A stretch of DNA of 36,582 nucleotides. It comes from Myxococcales bacterium. Its GTDB lineage: Bacteria > Myxococcota_A > UBA9042. Where the stretch lies: NCBI GenBank assembly GCA_037441385.1, contig JBBISH010000061.1, forward strand, positions 1-36,582. Direction: 5' to 3'. Both the position numbers and the translations under genes were made by a program. This document shows positions 1-8,047 of this stretch, piece by piece. Below the pieces are notes generated by a model. The model was not told the DNA's origin. It saw nothing but the letters and a program-made list of their open reading frames with translations, and made no database searches. How positions within the stretch are numbered: position 1 is the first letter of the stretch; every line of letters starts with the position of its first letter.

Positions 1-45
1 GCGCGGCACGCCCGAGCTCGTGTGGTCCGGTGGTCGCATAGCCAT
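1..45 (-). CDS. Possible 5' end of a CDS running off the left edge (MAMRPPDHTSSGVPR...)
   Basis: ATG on the minus strand at 43-45, 2 bp after the stop of the upstream lipoprotein gene. Only 15 codons are visible. Confidence 0.3.
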   Translation of the reverse strand, partial: MAMRPPDHTSSGVPR

Positions 46-47
46 GG

Positions 48-479
48 CTAGTTCGTGGCCGTGATGTAGGACTTGGGCACGCAGAACTTCTGTTCGGGCT
101 TGCCGTTTTCGGCGTCGGCGTACGTCCAGCAGGTGGCCACGCCAGCGCAATCCGAATCCTGCTGACAACGGCTGGTGCAGAACGGCTTGGCGCCAAAGTA
201 CGACAGGCAAATCGACTGGTCACATTGCGGGTGCGCCGTCACGACGCAGGTGCTGGTGTCGTGCCCTGGCTCAGTCGAGCCGGTGCAGATCTTCTTTTCC
301 AGCACTTCCTTGTCCAGCTCGCAAGGATCGTACGGCGGCTGGGTCTCGCAGCCGGCCAGCATGCTCAGCATGGCCCCGCCCGCAGCCGCCAAGCCGGCCA
401 CTACGACCAGCGCCGCGCCAAGCTCGCTCAGAATTTGGCCAATCGACCGGTTGCTCGCCGCGTTCCGCTTGTCGTTCAT
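48..479 (-). CDS. Small Cys-rich lipoprotein, possibly CglC-like gliding-motility lipoprotein
   Basis: GGAG RBS. Hydrophobic stretch ending in lipobox MLAG-C. Mature part has Cys pattern C-DQSI-C...F-C-TSR-C-x5-C. Resemblance to myxobacterial CglC is from memory only. Confidence 0.7.
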   Translation of the reverse strand: MNDKRNAASNRSIGQILSELGAALVVVAGLAAAGGAMLSMLAGCETQPPYDPCELDKEVLEKKICTGSTEPGHDTSTCVVTAHPQCDQSICLSYFGAKPFCTSRCQQDSDCAGVATCWTYADAENGKPEQKFCVPKSYITATN

Positions 480-540
480 CCGCTACTCCGCAGTACCCTG
501 CCCGTGCATCATAATCGTCCCAGCGCGCGCCGACAACCAA

Positions 541-2466
541 CTACTTGGTCTGCGACTTCTTGAACTCTTTGCCCAGGCCCTCTTGAAACGCCTTCTTGCG
601 CGCTTCTTCGGCCTCGCGTTCTTTGCGCTTTTTCTCTTCGGCCTCGCGGAAGGCCTGCCCCAGCTTCGAGACCGAGTCGTCCTTCTTGACCACCGGCTTG
701 CCCGGCGCCTTCTTGTGGGGCTCGGCGGGCTTGGCCGGTTCGCCTTTGGACGAGCCGATCGACACTTCGCCACCTTGAGGCGGGGCAGCCACATCGGCCG
801 CTGCGGCCACAGTGGTGTCCGCTGCCTCCACATCGGCCGCGGCAGCCGCAACGGCCACATCTTGGGCCGCAGCGGCATCTGCAGCTGCGACGGCCACATC
901 GGGCTCTGCCGCCACGTCGGCCGCAGCCACCACCACGTCTGGTGCCGCCGCCGCCGCGACGTCGGGTGCCGCGGGAGCGACGTCCGCTGCCGCTGCCTCG
1001 GGAGCCGCCGGTGTGGGCGCAACGGGCGCGGGGGCCACGGCGGCGGCCTGCGGGGCCGGGGCAACCTGCTCGGCGGCTTTGTTCTCGACGTAGGCCTTGC
1101 CCACGATCAGCAAGACGCCGATGAGCAACACCCCGCCGGCCAAACCCAAGAACATGCCGCTGCGCGAGCCGCCTTGCTGCTGGGGCGTCGGCAGCGGTTG
1201 CGGACCGCTCGCGAGTGGGCTGCCGGTGGGCAATCCCGGCGAGCCCGTAGGCGCCCCGGTCTGCGCCATGGTCGGCGTGCTGCTGCCGGCGACGCGCTGG
1301 CTGTCTAGCTGGGCCCGGTCCTGCTCCAGGCGGCGCCGCTCGTCTTCCAAGCGCCGCCGCTCGGCCTGCATCTGTTCTTCCATCCGCTTGAGCCGCAGTT
1401 TTTCGGGATCCATCTCCACTTCTTCACCGTATGCGGCCGCCAGGCCGACAAAGGGGGGCAATACATCCAGCGCCGCGGCCATCTCGTCGGCGTCGCCAAA
1501 GCGCGCTTCGGGCGAAAAGGCCAGGGCCCGGCGCAAGAACGCATCGGTTTGGGCGTCGAACTCGCCGGGCTGCGCCTCGCTGAGGACATCAAAGCCAGGC
1601 GACGCCTTGCGCTGCACGATCTCATCGGTGGTGCCCGAGAAGGGCCGCCGCCCCGTGAGCAGCTCAAAGGTCATCACCCCCACTGCGTACAGGTCGGTCC
1701 ACGGACCGATGCGCTGCTTCCACAGCTGTTCGGGGGCCATGTACGCCGGGGTACCCATGGCTTGGGTCGTCTCGGTGCCGTCTTCGACAAACTTGGCCAG
1801 ACCGAAATCCAGCACTTTGATGTGGTACGGGTCCCCGTCATCGGCGCGTACCATGATGTTTTCTGGCTTGATGTCGCGGTGGACGATGCGGCGCGGTGGG
1901 GCGTGCGCGGTCCCCAGGGCCGACAAGACCTGCCGCAGCACATGCCAGGCCACATCGCGCTCCACCGTGCGTCCCTCGGCTTTGGCCTGCTCGATCATTC
2001 GCTTGAGCGTCTTGCCGCCCGCGACGTACTCCATCACCAGGTAGGGGCCATCCTCCCACTCGCCCGCGTGCAGCAGCCCGACGATGTTGGGGTGATCCAG
2101 GGCGGCCAGGGCCTCGGCCTCGAGCCGGAATTTCTTGAGCACCGACGAGGCTTTTTCTGCATCGTCCTCGCGCCGCGAGATGAGCTTGAGCGCCCCTTGC
2201 TGGCCTTGGTCGTTCTCGACCAAGAAGACCACGCCAAAAGCACCCGCGCCAAGCACGCCGGTGGCCAGCCAACCGTCGATGCGGCGGCCAATCAGCGGGT
2301 CCAGGCCGCGGCGGGTGCCGCGCAGTTGCGCCAAGCTGGACTCGGGAATGAAGTGGTAGCCCTTCTTCAAGCAGATCGACTGGTTGCAGGGCGCACCAAT
2401 GGTGCCATGCGCCTCGCACAGCGGGCACTGGCCAGTCTCGTTTGCGCCGTGCAGGGCTTGGCTCAT
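541..2466 (-). CDS. Membrane-bound Hanks-type Ser/Thr protein kinase with N-terminal Cys4 (Zn-ribbon-like) segment
   Basis: Motifs GAGAFGVV, ALK, HRDIKPEN, DFG, GTPAYMAPEQ. Then a coiled coil, a TM helix (MFLGLAGGVLLIGVLLIVG), an Ala/Asp/Val-rich low-complexity tail and a Lys/Glu-rich end. N-terminus has CPLC...C..C. Confidence 0.95.
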   Translation of the reverse strand: MSQALHGANETGQCPLCEAHGTIGAPCNQSICLKKGYHFIPESSLAQLRGTRRGLDPLIGRRIDGWLATGVLGAGAFGVVFLVENDQGQQGALKLISRREDDAEKASSVLKKFRLEAEALAALDHPNIVGLLHAGEWEDGPYLVMEYVAGGKTLKRMIEQAKAEGRTVERDVAWHVLRQVLSALGTAHAPPRRIVHRDIKPENIMVRADDGDPYHIKVLDFGLAKFVEDGTETTQAMGTPAYMAPEQLWKQRIGPWTDLYAVGVMTFELLTGRRPFSGTTDEIVQRKASPGFDVLSEAQPGEFDAQTDAFLRRALAFSPEARFGDADEMAAALDVLPPFVGLAAAYGEEVEMDPEKLRLKRMEEQMQAERRRLEDERRRLEQDRAQLDSQRVAGSSTPTMAQTGAPTGSPGLPTGSPLASGPQPLPTPQQQGGSRSGMFLGLAGGVLLIGVLLIVGKAYVENKAAEQVAPAPQAAAVAPAPVAPTPAAPEAAAADVAPAAPDVAAAAAPDVVVAAADVAAEPDVAVAAADAAAAQDVAVAAAAADVEAADTTVAAAADVAAPPQGGEVSIGSSKGEPAKPAEPHKKAPGKPVVKKDDSVSKLGQAFREAEEKKRKEREAEEARKKAFQEGLGKEFKKSQTK

Positions 2467-2526
2467 TGCGCGACCACCTTGGGGTTCGACGCGCGATCCT
2501 AGCTCAAAGGTGGGGCCGCCGGCAAT

Positions 2527-2979
2527 TCACAGCAACTTCGACGGCCGCGGCTCGAAGCTGTCGGGCGTAAAGGCCCGCGGCAAGAGGTCGCGCAACGGCG
2601 CATGCCACAGTCCGCCGCGCTCGCTGGCCAAGACGACCTCTAGATCCAGGCCAAATTCACACAGGTTCTGCCGGCACAGACCGCACGGGGCCGCTGGTTG
2701 CTCGGCGTCGGTTACGATCGCGATCGCCCGGAATTCGCGCTCGCCCGCGGTGACGGCCGCGCACACGGCGCTTCGCTCGGCGCAGCAGCCGACCGGGTAG
2801 CTGGCGTTCTCTACGTTGACGCCCAGCACCACTGTGCCGCTGGCCGTGCGCAGGGCCGCACCCACCTTGAACCCAGAATACGGCGCATAGGCGCGCTCGC
2901 GAACTGCCGCAGCGGCTTCCACCAGCTCCAGCAACTCGGGATGATCAGCCAGCGTCGTGCGCCAGTGCGGTGTGGTCAC
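2527..2979 (-). CDS. cdd: Cytidine deaminase
   Basis: AYAPYSGFKVGAAL, NVENASY, CAE and PCGLCRQ Zn motifs. GTG start at 2979 overlaps the punA stop (GTGA). The longer ORF to 3948 is an out-of-frame overlap with punA. Confidence 0.95.
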   Translation of the reverse strand: MTTPHWRTTLADHPELLELVEAAAAVRERAYAPYSGFKVGAALRTASGTVVLGVNVENASYPVGCCAERSAVCAAVTAGEREFRAIAIVTDAEQPAAPCGLCRQNLCEFGLDLEVVLASERGGLWHAPLRDLLPRAFTPDSFEPRPSKLL

Positions 2980-3836
2980 GACGCCCTCGCATGAACGGGC
3001 AGGTCCGCGGGCAAGGCTTCGACCACCGCCGCAACCAAACGAGTCATCCGGTCCGTGGCTTCGCGGGCCACCTCGGCCACGTGGGCGTGATCCAACGCGC
3101 CCGTACCCAAACCGGCGCCCAGGTTGGTCACGCAACTGAGCCCCAACACCCGCATACCCATGTGCCGCGCCGCGATCACCTCGGCCACCGTCGACATCCC
3201 CACCGCATGGCCGCCCAGCATCCCCACCATGCGCACTTCGGCCGGCGTCTCGTAGCTTGGACCGGCCAACCCCACATACACGCCTTGGTGCAGCGGAATC
3301 CCGTGCTTTTGCGCCATCGTCAGGGTGAGCGCCCGCAGATCGGGGTCGTAGGCCTGCGTCATGTCTGGAAATCGCGGCCCCAGCGCCGGATCGTTCGGGC
3401 CGATGAGCGGGTTGCCACCGGTCAAGTTCAGGTGATCGGTGATCAGCATCAAGTCGCCAGGCTGCATGGCCGGACTGGTCGAACCGGCGGCGTTGGTGAC
3501 CACCAGTGTGTCGACCCCCAGCCAGGCCAGCAGGCGGACCGCCATCACCACCTGCTGCATGCTGTGCCCTTCGTAGTAGTGGACGCGCCCCGACAGCGCC
3601 ACCACGCGTTTGCCGTGCCAGGTCCCCACGACAAGCTCGCCCGCGTGGCCCGCGACCGTCGAGGTCGCCATGTGGGGCAACTGAGCGTAGGGAATCCTCT
3701 TGGCGTTCTCGATTTGCCCGGCGACCGCGCCGAGACCGCTGCCCAGGACCAGGCCGATCGGGGCGTCGACCGTGCCGATGTGGTTTTCGACGGTCGCACG
3801 GAGTTCGCGCAGAGCTGCGACCAGTTGGGTGGCCAT
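2976..3836 (-). CDS. punA: Purine nucleoside phosphorylase (trimeric PNP/XapA type)
   Basis: VLGSGLG, GHAG, GRVHYYEG, TNAAG, GPSYETPAE, VGMSTVAE. Start chosen at MATQLV (3836). Confidence 0.95.
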   Translation of the reverse strand: MATQLVAALRELRATVENHIGTVDAPIGLVLGSGLGAVAGQIENAKRIPYAQLPHMATSTVAGHAGELVVGTWHGKRVVALSGRVHYYEGHSMQQVVMAVRLLAWLGVDTLVVTNAAGSTSPAMQPGDLMLITDHLNLTGGNPLIGPNDPALGPRFPDMTQAYDPDLRALTLTMAQKHGIPLHQGVYVGLAGPSYETPAEVRMVGMLGGHAVGMSTVAEVIAARHMGMRVLGLSCVTNLGAGLGTGALDHAHVAEVAREATDRMTRLVAAVVEALPADLPVHARAS

Positions 3837-3919
3837 GGAGAGGCGTCCTTGGCGGCAAGGGGGCCGCACGTCGCGCTGCATCATGCCATCGCCGCTGTAC
3901 TTGTCGAGTTCCAGGGGTT

Positions 3920-4126
3920 CTAGGAGCGTGTCGGGATAATCCCGGCACAATCCTAGCGCCGCGTCTTGCGCGGCGGCAACTGGCTGAAATCGCACGAATT
4001 CACTTCGGGCGATTTTCGGCCAGTTGGACAAACGAAAAAGGCTAGGAGACTGGCGACACCCAATAAGATCACGATGTATAACTAACTGGACATGTAGTGT
4101 CGCGCATTTTGCCGACAGGCTCCTAG
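3920..4126. mobile_element. MITE-like non-autonomous element/remnant bounded by CTAG and 15-bp terminal inverted repeats
   Basis: Left end CTAGGAGCGTGTCGG (3920-3934) versus reverse complement of right end (4112-4126) CTAGGAGCCTGTCGG: 14/15 match. Degenerate internal copies at 3942-3956 and about 4042-4056. No transposase. Confidence 0.5.
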
Positions 4127-4208
4127 CGCAGGTTGTGCGCGTCAGCGATTGCCAGCCGACGCGCCAGCCCCTAGTCTGCAACGTGGGCTGTCGCCCAGCG
4201 AGATCGCC

Positions 4209-5369
4209 ATGCTACCGCGTCCGGCATTTCACAACCACATGATAATGTTGATGGTTATCACTTGCACGGCCGCGCTACTGGCGGGCTGCTCGGGCGCGAT
4301 GAACATGCGCGGCGCCTCGCCGCGGATCACCAACAACATCAAAAAGATCAACACCGAGCTGGCGAGCCAGAGCAACGACGTCTGGCGCTCGCACTTCATC
4401 GATGTGGGCCAAGGCCTTGCCGTGCTGCAGGAATTTCCCTGCGGGGCCATGCTCATCGACACGGGCGGCGAAGACGATCAGCGCTTCCACTCGGACAGCG
4501 CGCTGATCGCTTACTTGGACGGCTTTTTCGCTCGCCGTACCGACCTGCACGGCACGTTGGATCTGCTGGTGCTCACCCATCCGCACATTGACCATACCCG
4601 CGGAACCGAGGTCGTCTTGGACCACTACCAGGTCCGCAATCTGGTCGACAACGGGCAGAGCTATGGCTCGGGCGCCGCGGGCCAGCAGAGCCTAGAGGCC
4701 TTTGCCCAAAGCCATCCCGGCGTTCACTACCGCGCGGTCAGCCTGGCCGACATTGCCAGCGCCACCGGCCTGAGCGACGGCGTGATCGACCCGATCACCT
4801 GCCAGCCGATCGACCCGGCCATCACGGCGCTCTGGGGTCGCGTCGAAAGCGATCCCGGTTGGCCGGGGATTCGCTTTGGCAAAACCCCATTCCAGAACAA
4901 CAACAACCACAGCGTCGTCTTGCGCATCGCCTTTGGCAAGGCGTCGGGGCTTTTTACCGGCGACCTGGAAGAGCCGGCGATCAAGGACTTGCTGACCCGC
5001 AGCCGCGCCAGTGGCCTGCTCGACGTCGATCTCTATCAGGTCGGACACCACGGCTCGATCAACGGCACGCTGCCCGAACTGGCCGAGGCGATGAGCCCGG
5101 AAATTGCCGTATTCTCAATGGGTCCGTCGTCGTGGCAGCTGACGTGGTCGGCCTGGAAGTACGGTCACCCGCGGCAGGAGATCGTCACCATGCTGGCCGA
5201 GGTGATGGTCCGCAAGCGGAAGCCCATCGACGTGCAAGTAGGCGTAAAGAGTGAGACTTTTGTGCCCATGCATCTAGAGTCCGCTCTGTACGGCACCGGC
5301 TGGGACGGCACGGTCGTGGTTCAAGCCAACGCCGACGGGCGCTTGCAGGTGGTCACGAGCGGGCGCTGA
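4209..5369 (+). CDS. ComEC/Rec2-type metallo-beta-lactamase-fold hydrolase, lipoprotein (no competence TM domain)
   Basis: Lipobox LLAG-C. Motifs DVGQG, LIDTG, THPHIDH (HxHxDH), NNHS, TGD, GHHGS, YGHP. Start uncertain (4209 or a downstream Met). Confidence 0.88.
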   Translation: MLPRPAFHNHMIMLMVITCTAALLAGCSGAMNMRGASPRITNNIKKINTELASQSNDVWRSHFIDVGQGLAVLQEFPCGAMLIDTGGEDDQRFHSDSALIAYLDGFFARRTDLHGTLDLLVLTHPHIDHTRGTEVVLDHYQVRNLVDNGQSYGSGAAGQQSLEAFAQSHPGVHYRAVSLADIASATGLSDGVIDPITCQPIDPAITALWGRVESDPGWPGIRFGKTPFQNNNNHSVVLRIAFGKASGLFTGDLEEPAIKDLLTRSRASGLLDVDLYQVGHHGSINGTLPELAEAMSPEIAVFSMGPSSWQLTWSAWKYGHPRQEIVTMLAEVMVRKRKPIDVQVGVKSETFVPMHLESALYGTGWDGTVVVQANADGRLQVVTSGR

Positions 5370-5384
5370 GCGAGTGGTTCGAAT

Positions 5385-6083
5385 TCAACTGGCAGCCGGC
5401 TTGGCCGTTTGCACCACCACCGCCGCCGAGCGAATCAGCTTGCCGTGCATCGCATAGCCGCGGTGCACTTGCCGCAGCACGATGCCAGTTGGCTGCCCTT
5501 CCACGTGCTGCTGGGCGATCATCTGGTGCAAACTGGGGTCAAACGCGTGGCCCACCGCTTCGATCGGCTCGACCTGCAACCGCGTCAGCGCCCGCCGCCA
5601 CTCGGCGTCCAGCATCTCGACCGCTTGGCGGCTCTGCGGCGACAACTCTTGACCCGCCAACAAGAACGTCGTCAGCGACTCCAGCTGATCCAGGGCGGGT
5701 AGCAAGCCTTCGATCAGCCGCCGCGCCGCCTGCAACGGCAAATCCGTCTCAGTCCGCTGCAGGATGCGGCGCATGGTCGCCACCTGCGTGGCGTTCTGGA
5801 CGGTCTCGGCCTGGCTGCGGACCAGCGCCTGCTGGCTGCGTTGCAGGGCCGCGCGCAAATCCTCCACCTCGGACTGCAGTTGCGCGTGGGCCGCCGTTGT
5901 GGGCTCCGGATTGGCAGCCGGCGGGCTATCCAAAGCGGCCACGGCACCGTTGTCGCGCTGGCGCCCTTCCACCGCGGCCAACGCTTCGCTCAGGGCCGAA
6001 TCCCAGTCGGTGGTCAGCTCGGCCGGCCTCGCCGGAGCGTTGGGGTCGTCGGCTTGCGGCTGGCTATCGTCGCGGTTGGCCAT
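5385..6083 (-). CDS. grpE: Nucleotide exchange factor GrpE (divergent)
   Basis: Coiled coil, LLPALDQLE, C-terminal GHAFDPSLHQMI...RGYAMHGKLIRSAAVVV. GGA-rich RBS. Confidence 0.85.
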   Translation of the reverse strand: MANRDDSQPQADDPNAPARPAELTTDWDSALSEALAAVEGRQRDNGAVAALDSPPAANPEPTTAAHAQLQSEVEDLRAALQRSQQALVRSQAETVQNATQVATMRRILQRTETDLPLQAARRLIEGLLPALDQLESLTTFLLAGQELSPQSRQAVEMLDAEWRRALTRLQVEPIEAVGHAFDPSLHQMIAQQHVEGQPTGIVLRQVHRGYAMHGKLIRSAAVVVQTAKPAAS

Positions 6084-6145
6084 GCGCCTGTCCCTTCCCT
6101 ACAGTGGGCGCCAATGGGCTGGCGCACGAGGAGGCGAGCATACCG

Positions 6146-8047
6146 TCACTCGCCGTTCCACACAACGTCGTAGAGCTCGACCTCACTCTGCAACTTACCG
6201 TCCTGACTCAGCTTCATTCGCGCAGCGGCCACGACCCAGGCCTTGGTGCCGATCGCCACAATCGATGGAGAAAATCCAGCCATATCCGTAGCTTGCAGGG
6301 TATCGCGCGCAGCAGGTTGGCCGAGCTTGGGCAAGTGTTGCAGCAGCAGATCCGCCCGACGCGTATCTTGGTGCGCGACCAGCAGACCACCGCTGGGGTG
6401 GCGGACTGCGGCGAGGTCGGCCCCCACGCGATGCAAGCCATCCTTGCGGACTCCGTCGTCTAGCACTTCGCTGTGAATCCCAGCGGTTCCCTGGCGCACC
6501 AGCAGCAAGGTCCGCCCGTCGCCACCTTGGCAGACCGCCCACAGTTCACCGCCGTCGCCTTCGATGATCTGGACGAAGCGCCCCACATCGCCAGCGCTGG
6601 CCGGGACTTGCGCCGCCGTCACCAGGTCCTTGCTCCAGCTGTCGCCCGTGCGCCGGTACAACGCCAAGTCATGGCTCGACGAGCTATAGGCCGCCAATGC
6701 CAGCTGGCCACTCGTCAACACCCGCAGCGCCAACGACGCTCCGCGGCCCTGCGGCTCGCCGTCCAGGGGCGCCAACCCCACGGCCTTGGGCAGGCACTGC
6801 CCCGCATGGCAGACCTGATCCAGGATGCAGCTCGTGCAGTCTTTGCTTGGCGTCACGCACAGGCTGACCGCGCCCTTGACGACGCATTGCTGGCCGCTCG
6901 GGCAAGGCCCACCGCACTGGGCGACGGGCGCTGACACGACTTGGCTATCGACCTCAATGGGTTGCCAATGGATTGCGTCGGTTGGATGGGCCTGCTTGGC
7001 CTGCCACACGATCACCCGCGCCGGGGTGGCGGGGTTGGCCTGCGGCGCGGCCGGCACAAAGGCCGCCACGGCCGGCTTGTCGCCCACGAGCGCAAGCGCC
7101 ACGGCCTCGCCAATACCAGCAAAAGCGCCCAGCTTGTGCTGACTCACGCTGCCATCGGCCGCCCACTCGGCATAGATCAGCGCGTCGTGGGTCGTATCGC
7201 GCGCCACCAACGCCACCGCACCCTGGTCCAGGGCTACGGCCGCGAGCCGGCGCCCCACATCGGGACCGGGCTCGGCCACCCCTTGGCGCGGCCCCAGCGG
7301 GTCGCCTACCACTGCACCGGCCTCGGGCAAGCCCAGCACCCAGCGGGTGACCGTGGGCGCGTGGGGCGGTGCACCGGCGTAGCGGGTGGCGACCACGTCG
7401 CCGTAGCGGCGGTCGTAGGCGACATGGGTCAAGCCGCTGCCGCTGCCTACCAGGACGCCGGGCCAGCCGATCTCACCCGGCGGCAGAGGCGGCAAGTCCT
7501 TGCAACTCAAGGTGATCGGCAAGGCTTGGCAGAATTCGGGCATACGCGCCACCTCGTTGTCCAAGACCGCCAGCTTGCCCGTGGGGCAGTTGGCCGCCGG
7601 CGCGGGGACGCAGCGGTCCAATCGCGCCGCACAGGCTTGACCAATTGGGCACGTACCGCCGCACGGGGTGTGGTTCTGGCACAGACCCCACAGGCACGTG
7701 CGCCCGCCGCCACAGTAATTGCTGGTTTGGCAGTCTTTGGGCACGCAGACGCCGTGCGTGCAGACGGTGGCCGGGTCCAAGCACGACGCACTGGCCGAGC
7801 ACCCCTGTCGCTCGCGGCATCGACCGTCTTGGCAGCGCTCGCCCAAGCAGCAGCCCTCGTCGCTTTGGCAGGGTTGATCCCCGCGGCAAAACTGAGTCTG
7901 GGTGCAGTGATAGCCAGACGGGCACTGCGAGGTCGCCGTGCAGTGCAGCGGGCCGGGAGGCGGCGGGTCCTCGCAGGCGGCCAGCCAAACCAAAAGTGCC
8001 CAAAGCAGCCTGCGCAAGGTCCAATTATCAAGCGGGGTTCGTGTCAT
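6146..8047 (-). CDS. Cys-rich lipoprotein with tandem small disulfide repeats and probable beta-propeller-like C-terminal region
   Basis: ATG at 8047 overlaps the upstream stop (ATGA). Lipobox WLAA-C. Repeated C-x5-C-x4/5-C modules and recurring blade-like motifs AYDRRYGDV, AYSSSSHDL, AHQDTRRADL. Confidence 0.8.
   Translation of the reverse strand: MTRTPLDNWTLRRLLWALLVWLAACEDPPPPGPLHCTATSQCPSGYHCTQTQFCRGDQPCQSDEGCCLGERCQDGRCRERQGCSASASCLDPATVCTHGVCVPKDCQTSNYCGGGRTCLWGLCQNHTPCGGTCPIGQACAARLDRCVPAPAANCPTGKLAVLDNEVARMPEFCQALPITLSCKDLPPLPPGEIGWPGVLVGSGSGLTHVAYDRRYGDVVATRYAGAPPHAPTVTRWVLGLPEAGAVVGDPLGPRQGVAEPGPDVGRRLAAVALDQGAVALVARDTTHDALIYAEWAADGSVSQHKLGAFAGIGEAVALALVGDKPAVAAFVPAAPQANPATPARVIVWQAKQAHPTDAIHWQPIEVDSQVVSAPVAQCGGPCPSGQQCVVKGAVSLCVTPSKDCTSCILDQVCHAGQCLPKAVGLAPLDGEPQGRGASLALRVLTSGQLALAAYSSSSHDLALYRRTGDSWSKDLVTAAQVPASAGDVGRFVQIIEGDGGELWAVCQGGDGRTLLLVRQGTAGIHSEVLDDGVRKDGLHRVGADLAAVRHPSGGLLVAHQDTRRADLLLQHLPKLGQPAARDTLQATDMAGFSPSIVAIGTKAWVVAAARMKLSQDGKLQSEVELYDVVWNGE

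Noticed and set aside
205..2390. Shared heptapeptide C(D/N)QSICL in the lipoprotein and the kinase N-terminus
   Set aside because: Too short, flanks unrelated and different compartments. Likely coincidence.
2527..3948. Apparent 473-aa fusion ending in cytidine deaminase
   Set aside because: The N-terminal part is an alternative frame of punA. A GTGA overlap gives a normal 150-aa Cdd.
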